Shown here piece after piece: positions 38,903-47,455 of a stretch of DNA of 64,000 bases; the first letter of the stretch is position 1, and each line of letters begins with the position of its first letter. The notes beneath the pieces are model-generated. The model saw only the letters and a list, made by a program, of their open reading frames with translations. It did no database searches and had not been told where the DNA came from. This DNA comes from Candidatus Woesearchaeota archaeon (GTDB lineage: Archaea > Nanobdellota > Nanobdellia > Woesearchaeales > SKIA01): the NCBI GenBank assembly GCA_047602905.1, contig JBLKOP010000005.1:1241-65240 (forward strand), in the 5' to 3' direction. The position numbers and the translations under genes were made by a program.

Positions 38903-39483
38903 CCTCCAATGCTTACTCGGTATATTTTATCAGTTACTTCTTCTACTTCGTGCCAGCTTTGCGGACTTACTGTGAAGAGTGCTAGGCTGTTGGCTTCTGG
39001 TTGGTACGCAAGTACTTTCTTCTCGGGCCCGTTATTGTCGGTGTATAGCGCTAGTCCTCCTCCTTGTTCTGTATCTAGTGTTGTGAGGTAGAGTATCCAT
39101 GCGAGCTTTCTTTCTTCTAGTTGGTCGTCGTGACACAATAAGTAGTCGGTGTCTTGGTAGAGTGCTCCAAACACTTCTATCTCTCCTGGTGTAGTCGCTA
39201 CTCCTGTGAGTGTCTTAAACCACTTTCTTGTTTCTTTGCTGTTCATAAAAGAAATGAACTCTTGTATCGTCTCGTTCTTGCTTGTCTGTAAGTTATTGGT
39301 TTGTGCTAGGCTGAACAAATCGCTTTCTTTATGTATAAATTCTTCTTGGCTGAGTGCTTCTACGAGAGCTTTGAAGCGTTTTTGTGTAAGGAATTCTGGG
39401 AGTTGTAGGTGTGGGTACGGCGTTGCTTCTTGATACTTTTTTGCGAGTGCTTCTGCTTCGTGCTTAGGGTTCATCCAGTTCAT
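38890..39483 (-). CDS. 2-oxoglutarate/Fe(II) oxygenase of the OGFOD1/Tpa1/Ofd1 prolyl-hydroxylase type
   Basis: LLCHDDQLEERKLAWILYL (HxD), GGGLALY, NSLALFTVSPQSWHEVEEV (distal His) and RVSIGGWL (2OG Arg). From memory these match the OGFOD1 blocks LLCHDDELEGRRIAFILYL / FHQVSEV / RLSISGWF. Confidence 0.8.
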   Translation of the reverse strand: MNWMNPKHEAEALAKKYQEATPYPHLQLPEFLTQKRFKALVEALSQEEFIHKESDLFSLAQTNNLQTSKNETIQEFISFMNSKETRKWFKTLTGVATTPGEIEVFGALYQDTDYLLCHDDQLEERKLAWILYLTTLDTEQGGGLALYTDNNGPEKKVLAYQPEANSLALFTVSPQSWHEVEEVTDKIYRVSIGGWLL

Positions 39484-39601
39484 GTCTTTGGTGAGTCTGG
39501 CAGGGTTTTTATGTGCTACTTTTTTTGGGTTACTAAGTGGATGCTACTTGTTGTTATTGTATGAAGTGTGCTTGCTGTAAAGAAGTAGGGTTGTTTGTTT
39601 T

Positions 39602-39913
39602 TTATCGTTTCTTCTTCTTTTTTTGAAACGTCTCGTACCAAGAAAATTCTGATAACAAATTAGGTACTGCCCAGAGAATAGTTATTATTCCTATTAAGAA
39701 GAGGTATAAACTATAGGTTTCTGGGCTTTCGTTAAGAAATTGTTTTCCTGTAAGCGCGTAGTAGATGATGCTTACTCCTGCGTAGAGGAGCATGATGGCA
39801 AGGAATTTCTCTAGTATTTCTGCTGGTCGCTGCAATACTTTTCTTTCTGCTATGAGTAGTGCTAGGTAGTAAAGAAGAAAAGCTGCTATTATTATGAGGT
39901 ACCCGCTAATCAT
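39602..39913 (-). CDS. small membrane protein (3 TM) with poly-Lys tail
   Basis: Three hydrophobic helices and a C-terminal QKKKKKR. No family recognised. Confidence 0.45.
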   Translation of the reverse strand: MISGYLIIIAAFLLYYLALLIAERKVLQRPAEILEKFLAIMLLYAGVSIIYYALTGKQFLNESPETYSLYLFLIGIITILWAVPNLLSEFSWYETFQKKKKKR

Positions 39914-40006
39914 GGTTGTGTGTGTTAGTGCTTGTTTTTATGTTCTCTCTTTTTGTTGTGTTCTAAGATACTATTATAAATCAAGATTTTTTCTGTTTTT
40001 TTTTAT

Positions 40007-41071
40007 ATGGATTCTTTACACCAAGACCGCGTAGTTAATATCTTGTCTCAAGCAGTTAATCAATCCCCGTTTGGGTTAGTAATCGCTTCTGCTGATATTC
40101 CTGATAACCCTCTTGTATACGCTAATGAGGGGTTTACTCGCCTTACTGGATATTCTTTTTCTGAGGTGGAGGGACGAAACTGTCGTTTCTTACAGGGAGA
40201 GGATACACAACAGACTCCTCTGAGTGGGTTGCGTGATGCGATTAAGAATTTTCGTCCGTACGCGTGTACTTTACGTAACTATACGAAGTCTGGTGAGTTA
40301 TTCTATAATGATTTGATGATAACTCCTGCGTCTACTGATCAAGGAAACTTCTTTGTAGGTACACAAAGAGACGTTACTGCTCGTGAACGGTTGTATTCTT
40401 CTCTTCGTGAAGAATCTTCTTCTCTTGATGAACAAGTTGGTGACTTACTTCATGACGCGCGTAATAAGCTTGGAGTATTTACTGGTCTGTGTGATTTAGC
40501 GCGTGAAGAACCAGATCTTCTTAATAGTCTTAGGAGATACCTAGGTGATTTTTCTTCTTCTATAACTCAGAGATTAGAGGATATTCGTAATAGAAAACAA
40601 TCTTATCCTCTTTCCTTAGTTGATGTTGCTGCGCACGCACAAAATCAAGTATCGTTGTTTAGTGTTTCTTCTGAGCACGAAATATCGTATTCTGGTCCTT
40701 CTTCTCTAGAGGTCTTTACGAGTAGAGATGTGTATGTTTCTGCTCTTGAGAACTTGCTTTCTAATGCTTCTAAGTTCATTCCTTCTTCTCGCAAAGGAGT
40801 TATTGATGTATCCTTACTAGAAGAAGAGTCGCAAGTAGCTTTACAGGTGTGTGATAATGGTGTTGGTATTCCTGAGGGTTCTTTAGAGGAGATTTTTGAG
40901 GAGTTTAATTTTGTTTCTTCACGCCAAGAAGTAAAAGTTGCTAGTTCTGGTCGTGGGTTGAGTCAAGTTCGTCGAGAGCTTTCTCGCGTAGGAGGGGTTA
41001 TTTTTGCTTCTAATAACAAGACGTACGGCTCTACTTTTTCTGTGAAGCTTCCTAAAACGCCAGCTTTATAA
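40007..41071 (+). CDS. LOV-domain sensor histidine kinase
   Basis: Canonical LOV flavin-adduct motif GRNCRFLQG (Cys59, TGT at 40181-40183) within GLVIASADIPDNPLVYANEGFTRLTGYS. H-box LLHDARNKLGVF, N-box NLLSNASKF, G1 DNGVGIP, G2 SGRGLS. Confidence 0.88.
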   Translation: MDSLHQDRVVNILSQAVNQSPFGLVIASADIPDNPLVYANEGFTRLTGYSFSEVEGRNCRFLQGEDTQQTPLSGLRDAIKNFRPYACTLRNYTKSGELFYNDLMITPASTDQGNFFVGTQRDVTARERLYSSLREESSSLDEQVGDLLHDARNKLGVFTGLCDLAREEPDLLNSLRRYLGDFSSSITQRLEDIRNRKQSYPLSLVDVAAHAQNQVSLFSVSSEHEISYSGPSSLEVFTSRDVYVSALENLLSNASKFIPSSRKGVIDVSLLEEESQVALQVCDNGVGIPEGSLEEIFEEFNFVSSRQEVKVASSGRGLSQVRRELSRVGGVIFASNNKTYGSTFSVKLPKTPAL

Positions 41072-41095
41072 AGTCGTTCTTGACGCAATACTTGT

Positions 41096-41719
41096 ATGTT
41101 AGAGGCGTTCGTGTTGGCGGTGGGTACGTTGCTTCCTATTGCTAACCCGCTAAGCACTGCGTTTGTTTTTAACAGCTTAGCTGCGAACAGAAGCGTTCAG
41201 GAACGAAGGCGTATAGCACTAAAAGCGTCCTTTACTGCTATGGTTACGTTGTTGATATTTATGGTTTTAGAAAACTGGTTGCTTTCGTTCTTTGGAATTA
41301 CTGTGTACGCTTTTCGCGTAGCAGGAGGCTTGTATTTGGGTATGATTGGTTTTGAGATGTTGAGTGCGAATATGCGCAGAAACCCAGATAATTATGTTGA
41401 TGAGAAAGAAGACATCAGTATTATTCCTCTTGCTATCCCGCTTATTAGCGGTCCTGGAAGCATGACAGCAGTTCTTGTTCTTTCTCAAGGAGGTAGCTGG
41501 GGCGTGTATGCAGTTGTGGCGGCGGCTATTGTTGTTGTTGCAGTCTCTGCTTGGTTGCTTCTTCGCCACGCGCATTACTTAACAAAAATCTTTGGCCGCA
41601 CAGGAACTAACGCTCTTGAGCGTATCCTTGGCCTTATTGTCTTAGTGATTGCTGTTCAATTCCTCTTTAATGGGATATCAGGCTACTTACAAGACATCGG
41701 TATTGGGTTATTTGAGTAG
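41096..41719 (+). CDS. MarC-family (UPF0056) integral membrane protein
   Basis: GTLLPIANPLSTAFVF N-terminal signature and six hydrophobic segments. 207 aa. Confidence 0.75.
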   Translation: MLEAFVLAVGTLLPIANPLSTAFVFNSLAANRSVQERRRIALKASFTAMVTLLIFMVLENWLLSFFGITVYAFRVAGGLYLGMIGFEMLSANMRRNPDNYVDEKEDISIIPLAIPLISGPGSMTAVLVLSQGGSWGVYAVVAAAIVVVAVSAWLLLRHAHYLTKIFGRTGTNALERILGLIVLVIAVQFLFNGISGYLQDIGIGLFE

Positions 41720-42310
41720 TGCGAAGAAGTCATCTTTTGTTTCTCGCATATCTCTTGGATTGCTGTTTGCTGCGTAAAAGAACTCGTTTGCAGCTACAGG
41801 TGCTTCTACTGGGTCTTGGAGTTGATTAAATGCTTGCTCGTACGCGTTGATAAAAACGCTTTTTGCTTGTTGGCTTCTGCTTGAGCGTAAATGTTTATCG
41901 TGCAAGTCTATTAAGAAATCTTCTAGTGCTATGTACGCACTAAACGTTACCTCTCCTTTAATTGAGTGAAAATTGTTTATTACTTCGAGGGCTTTGTATG
42001 GTGTGCTGTGCACACGTGTTTCTGGAGGAAAGAATTCGTTTGCGTGGTTGTTCACGCTTCCGTTTTTTCGTAGACGAAGAGGAATTGTTTCCTCATGAAC
42101 TGTTCGTAAAGTATATGCAGGTTCTATAATTGTGCTGTTGGGGGTTGTGAGGAGGTTAAGCTCTTTTCCTTGCTCTGTACGTATAGTGTATATTCGTAGA
42201 CAGGTATTTGTGCTTGGGAGCTGTTCTTGTAGTGCAAAGAAGTAGTGAGCGTTGTTCTTATCAGGAGTTTTTTTACCAAACCAAGTCATGTTCTTACGCA
42301 TAAGAGACAA
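41708..42310 (-). CDS. hypothetical protein (200 aa)
   Basis: Clean ORF. No motif recognised. Confidence 0.4.
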   Translation of the reverse strand: MSLMRKNMTWFGKKTPDKNNAHYFFALQEQLPSTNTCLRIYTIRTEQGKELNLLTTPNSTIIEPAYTLRTVHEETIPLRLRKNGSVNNHANEFFPPETRVHSTPYKALEVINNFHSIKGEVTFSAYIALEDFLIDLHDKHLRSSRSQQAKSVFINAYEQAFNQLQDPVEAPVAANEFFYAANSNPRDMRETKDDFFALLK

Positions 42311-42348
42311 CTAGTTGTTTATATTGTTAATGGTTATAAACAAAGGGT

Positions 42349-43413
42349 GTGTCTGCTTGCTTTATGGTTAAGTGCAAGTTCTTTACTCAATGCGGTGGGT
42401 GTACAACAATGGATGTAGACTATACCAAGCAAATACAACAAAAACAAGAGTATTTACGAACACTTTTTCATCAAGAAGTGCCTGTTCTTAAGCAAACAAA
42501 CCCGTACAGTTTTCGTAATCGAATGGACTTTGTTATTACAGCAGACAAGCTAGGACTTAAACAATCCTACAAAGAAGTAGTTGATATTTCTCGCTGCGAA
42601 GTACTTAAAGAACCTCTAAACAAGATATTAACGACTATTCGCGAGTGGTTTAGTACTGAAGAACTCACCGGATGCACTCCAGGAAGCTTTGATGGGTTTT
42701 TGCGCTTTGTCATGCTGCGAGGAGACGATCAAGAACAACAAGTAACGCTTACAACAACTACTCACGAACACCAAGAAGCAATTCTTCGCCTAGCAGACAA
42801 CCTAGCAGTTAAGAGTTTTGTTTGGCTTGTAGAAGAAGAAAGCACTGAGCGAAGTGTTGGCAGCAAAGAAGTACTTGTTGTTGGAGAGCGAGAAATAACT
42901 CTTCGTTTAGCAAACAAACAATTTCTTATTTCTTCACACACGTTCTTTCAGACAAGTCCAGAAATGGCGGAGAAAGCTATAGAGTACATGAAGCGGTACG
43001 TTCACGGACGAGTACTGGACTTATATTGCGGAGTGGGCGTTCTTGGACAAGCACTTAGTAGTGAAGTAGTAGGTGTTGATAGTAACAAAGAAAACGTTTT
43101 GCAAGCAAGAAGAAACGCAGAAATAAACAGCGTACAAGCAGAGTACTTCGTTGAGGACGCAGCGAGGTTTTTACGAAAAGAAGCTTTTGACACAATCATT
43201 GTTGACCCTCCAAGAACAGGACTACAAACAGGAGTTCACTCATTACTTGCTAGTAACGCAGAGACTATTGTGTACTTAAGCTGCAACCCAAAAACGCAAG
43301 CAAGAGACTTAGTATTTTTGAAACAAGTCTACGAAGTAATAGACTTGCAAGCGTTTGATTTCTTTGCGCACACAGAACACGTTGAGTGCTTGGCTGTTTT
43401 GAGAAAGAAATAA
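42349..43413 (+). CDS. RumA/TrmA-family RNA (uracil-5)-methyltransferase with N-terminal Fe-S Cys cluster
   Basis: CKFFTQCGGC Cys cluster, SAM motif VLDLYCGVGVLG, IIVDPPRTGL, catalytic IVYLSCNPKTQARDL. GTG start; an alternative ATG lies at 42364. Confidence 0.85.
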   Translation: MSACFMVKCKFFTQCGGCTTMDVDYTKQIQQKQEYLRTLFHQEVPVLKQTNPYSFRNRMDFVITADKLGLKQSYKEVVDISRCEVLKEPLNKILTTIREWFSTEELTGCTPGSFDGFLRFVMLRGDDQEQQVTLTTTTHEHQEAILRLADNLAVKSFVWLVEEESTERSVGSKEVLVVGEREITLRLANKQFLISSHTFFQTSPEMAEKAIEYMKRYVHGRVLDLYCGVGVLGQALSSEVVGVDSNKENVLQARRNAEINSVQAEYFVEDAARFLRKEAFDTIIVDPPRTGLQTGVHSLLASNAETIVYLSCNPKTQARDLVFLKQVYEVIDLQAFDFFAHTEHVECLAVLRKK

Positions 43414-43419
43414 CTTATT

Positions 43420-44136
43420 TTACACTGCTAGTTTCCAGAGTAGGTTGAAGTATTTTGTGTATGTCTGAGCCATTTCTTCTGAGGTGATTACTACGCAGAA
43501 GGGTTGTTTTGAGAATATCCAGAAGCTTGTTTTGTTTCCGTACACTAGCGTTGCTGCAGGGACTGTGTATTCGGAAGGAAGATATTTGGCGTCCGAGTAC
43601 TCTAGCTCTTTAAGAAAGGTTATTCTTTCTGTTGCGTTCTCGTTGTATATGTGTAGTATTCGTTGTTTGTTTGCAATTCTTTTTCTATGAAAGGTTGCTA
43701 AGAATGATCCAAGTTTCTCAGGAAGTTCCTTTGGTATTCCAAATGCGAGTATATCTTTTTTTTCTTCAAGCATATCGTTAATTATGAGTTTTATTCCTTC
43801 AAAGCCCTCATATATTCTTGCTTGGTTTTCTGTTGAGTCATAATACGTTTCTAGCTGAGGAAGTATTGTTTCTAGTTTGTTTTCTTTTTCTTTAAGGAGG
43901 TCTTTTAAGTTGCTTGGATGATTGGCTCTATACACTTTTTTCTTTGCTACTTCTACTTCAAAAACAAGTCCTTTCTCAACAAGTTTTCTTATTGAATCAT
44001 ACACATTTACTCGGTGAACTGAGGACTTCTTTGCTATGTGGTTAACTGTTAAATCCTTGTTTTTTAGTAGCGAGAGATATATTTTTGCTTCGTTCTTTCC
44101 TAATCCTAGCTCTTTTATTACGTCTATTTCACTCAT
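43420..44136 (-). CDS. TrmB-family transcriptional regulator
   Basis: N-terminal wHTH LGLGKNEAKIYLSLLKNKDLTVNHIAKKSSVHRVNVYDSIRKLVEKGLV plus a C-terminal effector-type domain. Confidence 0.8.
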   Translation of the reverse strand: MSEIDVIKELGLGKNEAKIYLSLLKNKDLTVNHIAKKSSVHRVNVYDSIRKLVEKGLVFEVEVAKKKVYRANHPSNLKDLLKEKENKLETILPQLETYYDSTENQARIYEGFEGIKLIINDMLEEKKDILAFGIPKELPEKLGSFLATFHRKRIANKQRILHIYNENATERITFLKELEYSDAKYLPSEYTVPAATLVYGNKTSFWIFSKQPFCVVITSEEMAQTYTKYFNLLWKLAV

Positions 44137-44194
44137 TTCTGTATAGTTTATTACTACAAGAATTTAAATATTTCTTTTTTCTTACTATTCCTAG

Positions 44195-44518
44195 GTGATA
44201 CACATGAAAACACTTACTTCACATATAGGCGCTTACACAGCAGCAGCCACTCTTCTTCTGGGAGGATGTACTCCTTTAGAGCAAGAGCAATCAACGCATC
44301 TAAGAGGAAATATTCTTGGTAGCGAAACGACTAAGCCAACAACAATTACTCGCTTTTCTCAAAGTAACTGTTTAGTACTGCAATACCAGCAAAAAGTCTA
44401 TGACAGCTGTGCAGGTATAAACACGTTTGACGTGCCCGCTGATAGTTTAGATATTAAACTCAACGAGCTTATGGATGTAACAGAGAAATTACGAGGATAC
44501 ATGCGCAGTAACTACTAA
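44195..44518 (+). CDS. small secreted/lipobox-like protein
   Basis: Signal-like AAATLLLGGC with Cys after LGG. Likely start ATG 44204. Confidence 0.4.
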   Translation: MIHMKTLTSHIGAYTAAATLLLGGCTPLEQEQSTHLRGNILGSETTKPTTITRFSQSNCLVLQYQQKVYDSCAGINTFDVPADSLDIKLNELMDVTEKLRGYMRSNY

Positions 44519-44579
44519 TCTTGCACAAATAACTAAAGAACGAATACTTTTTTGTTTCTTAAACAAAACTAAGAAATTC

Positions 44580-44642
44580 CTTGACTTCTTCGCACGTATA
44601 CAATATGTTGAGTGCTTAGCTATTTTGAGAAAGAAACACTAA
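44580..44642 (+). pseudogene. orphan 3'-terminal fragment of a rumA-like methyltransferase gene
   Basis: Nt 44607-44636 match 43381-43410 at 28/30. In frame the fragment reads LDFFARIQYVECLAILRKKH*, against FDFFAHTEHVECLAVLRKK* at the end of the intact gene (13/19 identical, differences synonymous or conservative). No upstream gene body. Confidence 0.75.
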
Positions 44643-44668
44643 TAACCTTTTACTAACTTCTTATAGTT

Positions 44669-45241
44669 ATGAGTGATTTAGAAGTAATCTTGTTTTTTGG
44701 CATGCATGGTTCAGGAAAAACTACTGTTGGAGAGCGTTTAGCACAAGAAATTCCTGGTTACGTTCATTGGAGCTCCGGAGAAACTATTCGCTCAGTTGAT
44801 GTGGCTAACTTATCTTCTGATTTAGCAAAAGAAATTGTTCATTACCGGTTTACTGAAGAATACTTACCCGATAAGTATATGTTGCAGTTGTTACAAGAAG
44901 ACTTAAACGACTCTTCACTTACTTACATTCTTGACGGAATACCTGCAAATACTAATCAACTCTTGTTTATTCAAAATAATTTTCTTATAAGAAAAAACTT
45001 TTTCTTTGATGTTGATGAAGATGTAGCTGTTGAGCGATTACTTAAGCGAGCTAGTAGAAAAACTGATTCCACTAGAGAAGCAATTAATAATCGTAACAAG
45101 CCATACTTTGAGGAAACACTTCCTGCTCTTACAAGCATTCCTCACACACGAATAAATGCTAACTTATCTGAGCGAGAAGTGTATGAGCAAGTTATTGCTA
45201 GTTTATATTCTTCTAGCGTAAACCTCTTAAGTAGCAAATAA
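44669..45241 (+). CDS. P-loop nucleoside-monophosphate kinase, adenylate-kinase-like
   Basis: P-loop FFGMHGSGKTTVGERLA. ILDGIPANTNQ resembles the Adk LDGFPRT..Q. 190 aa. Confidence 0.55.
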   Translation: MSDLEVILFFGMHGSGKTTVGERLAQEIPGYVHWSSGETIRSVDVANLSSDLAKEIVHYRFTEEYLPDKYMLQLLQEDLNDSSLTYILDGIPANTNQLLFIQNNFLIRKNFFFDVDEDVAVERLLKRASRKTDSTREAINNRNKPYFEETLPALTSIPHTRINANLSEREVYEQVIASLYSSSVNLLSSK

Positions 45242-45253
45242 TTCCTTACTTGT

Positions 45254-45664
45254 ATGAGTCTTCACCAAGCATACCCTACTGAGTACACAGCACCGATACG
45301 AAAACAAGTTCAAGAGCACGGAGTACAAGAACTCCTTACTGCAGAGCAAGTACAAGAAGCTCTGCGTAAACAACGAGTGCTCATCCTTATCAATAGTGTG
45401 TGCGGTTGCTCAGCAGCAAACGCAAGACCTGCTCTGTACGAAATTATGAAAGAACAACCAGAACTAAAAGTAGCAACAGTATTTGCAGGTGTTCATCACG
45501 AAGCAACAAAAACGCTTCGAGAAAGTGTTCCTCATCCTCCAAGCAGTCCTAGCTTCGCACTTTTTGAGAACGGCAAGTGCACGTTTTTCTTGCCAAGAGA
45601 AGAGATACAAGGAGTAGATGTTAGTGAGATTGTTAATCAACTCCAACAAGCTCTTAGTAACTAA
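45254..45664 (+). CDS. DUF1094 / bacilliredoxin (YphP/YqiW)-like thiol-disulfide protein
   Basis: LINSVCGCSAANARPA matches the family's NSVCGCAAG.ARP CGC active-site block. Size of 136 aa is typical. Confidence 0.7.
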   Translation: MSLHQAYPTEYTAPIRKQVQEHGVQELLTAEQVQEALRKQRVLILINSVCGCSAANARPALYEIMKEQPELKVATVFAGVHHEATKTLRESVPHPPSSPSFALFENGKCTFFLPREEIQGVDVSEIVNQLQQALSN

Positions 45665-45706
45665 TAGAGAACAAACATATTTAAGAATAAGTACTCCTCC
45701 TCAGTA

Positions 45707-47455
45707 GTGGGGATAATGAAATTTTCGTATAGTGACGCACTACTTCAGGCACGAACGTACAATATTGAGTTATTATTGAAATCATTCATCACCGCTGATT
45801 CACGAATAAAAAACTCCTCTCTTCCCTTCTGGAAGCAAGAATTACTCGCACAAAGTACTTCTTGGAAGAAACACAACGCTTTTGTTAATGAGCCACTAAA
45901 AAAAGTTGGTGATCCCATAAGTTTTGTGATGCAAGCACAAGAAGTTCCTGTAATAGAAGCAGTTAAGTACGTATTACGTCAGCAAGGTTACGACGCAGAA
46001 ATAGTTTTTAATCCTCCTATTGATCAATCTCCCTATGAAGTGCTTGTTCACGCACAGAAATTTTTTCTTTCACACCAAGAAGAAGCAATCGCGTATTTCT
46101 CTAACAAAAGAAGAACCTCTGCTGACGTAGTACAACAATGGGGTGTTGGTTTTGCGAAGAGAAACAACGAGTTGGTTAATGAGTTGTTTGAAGAATTTTC
46201 TTCTCAAACAATAGCTGCTTCAGGAATTATAGGCACTCAAGCAAGATCTGTTGACGAAATGTCCGCAAGTAATTCGTATTGCTCATTAGTTGATCGAGTA
46301 ACGTTTCCCATCAAGGACTTACAAGGGAGGATAATTGGTTTTAGCGGACGACTCGTTTCTGAGAGTACTAAGCGACCAAAGTATAAGAACTCTTCTTCAC
46401 AAGTAGCGAACCAACCAACAATTTTTAGTCGCTCTAATTCCTTCTTTGGTCTTTACGAAGCAAAACAACGCATTCAAGAAACAGGAGTTGTGTACGTAAC
46501 AGAAGGATACACCGATGTTATGTCCGCAAGCACTACTCTTCCAAACGTAGTCGCTGCTCTTGGAACAGGAATTACTTCTTCACAACTAAAAACGCTCTCA
46601 GAACTAGCGAAAACAGTTGTTTTTGTCATGGATGGAGATGCTGCAGGAAGACTTTCTGCTCGTAAATATGCTAGCATAGCTCTTGAGTACGGAATAAACC
46701 CAGAAGTAGTTCTTCTTCCTATTCAGGAAAATAAAAAAGATCAAGAAGATATAGATTCTTTAGTAAGAAAAGGAACTCCTGCTTCTCAGATCGTAGATGC
46801 TTTCTCTGTTCCCATAGGGGAGTTGTTTCTTGAAGACATCATAAACCCTTCACACATAGATTTACTTCCCATAGTTAAAGAAGTAATTGCTAATTCTTCT
46901 CAAGCAACTTCCTCACACCCAATTATTGATTCATTGTATCAAGTATCTGGATTGCCTCCTGTTAGTGAAGAGCTTATTGAGCAACTACTTGCTAAACAAG
47001 CAAGTCCTTTTCAACAAGCAGCTGCTCGTTACGTATCAGCAATGTTTAGTACTTCTTCAAAAAAAGCAATCACGTATTTTGAAGACCTCCCGTGCACTCA
47101 TGAGTTTTTTCCAGAAGAACTACGATCAGCGTATTGCGCTCTTCAAGAAGCGTATATGAATGGAGTAATATCTTCTGTCGTTCCTTTACACAAACAAGAG
47201 CCAGACCATCCTGATCTTTTTGCTCCTGAAGAGATATCCTCAAGTATTACTAGCTTACAACAAACAATGAATGAGCCATCAGTTCCTTTGTATCTACGTC
47301 AAGAACTTGCTCGCCCAGCCAAACGCAACGTTTCTAAAGAGCATATATTTATTAATGAATTTATCGAGTTCTTTACTCGGGAGAAGATGTATTCTCGTTT
47401 ACAACAAGCAGATAGTACTTTTACAAAGGAGATTTTTGATACGTATGTCTCTTGA
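45707..47455 (+). CDS. bacterial-type DnaG-like primase (RNA-polymerase core plus TOPRIM), zinc-binding ligands absent
   Basis: VDRVTFPIKDLQGRIIGFSGR, PKYKNSSS...IFSRSNSFFGLYEA, TOPRIM VYVTEGYTDVMS and VFVMDGDAAGRLSA. The N-terminal region keeps GDPISFVMQAQEVPVIEAVKYV but carries no Cys/His ligands. GTG start; an ATG lies at 45716. Confidence 0.75.
   Translation: MGIMKFSYSDALLQARTYNIELLLKSFITADSRIKNSSLPFWKQELLAQSTSWKKHNAFVNEPLKKVGDPISFVMQAQEVPVIEAVKYVLRQQGYDAEIVFNPPIDQSPYEVLVHAQKFFLSHQEEAIAYFSNKRRTSADVVQQWGVGFAKRNNELVNELFEEFSSQTIAASGIIGTQARSVDEMSASNSYCSLVDRVTFPIKDLQGRIIGFSGRLVSESTKRPKYKNSSSQVANQPTIFSRSNSFFGLYEAKQRIQETGVVYVTEGYTDVMSASTTLPNVVAALGTGITSSQLKTLSELAKTVVFVMDGDAAGRLSARKYASIALEYGINPEVVLLPIQENKKDQEDIDSLVRKGTPASQIVDAFSVPIGELFLEDIINPSHIDLLPIVKEVIANSSQATSSHPIIDSLYQVSGLPPVSEELIEQLLAKQASPFQQAAARYVSAMFSTSSKKAITYFEDLPCTHEFFPEELRSAYCALQEAYMNGVISSVVPLHKQEPDHPDLFAPEEISSSITSLQQTMNEPSVPLYLRQELARPAKRNVSKEHIFINEFIEFFTREKMYSRLQQADSTFTKEIFDTYVS

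Noticed and set aside
47271-47444. Upstream 58-codon extension of the 704-aa ORF, or a primase-partner fusion by frameshift
   Set aside because: The extension overlaps the primase C-terminus in another frame and reads as hydrophobic low-complexity junk. The primase has a normal-looking C-terminus and stop, so the two are separate genes with an 11-nt overlap.
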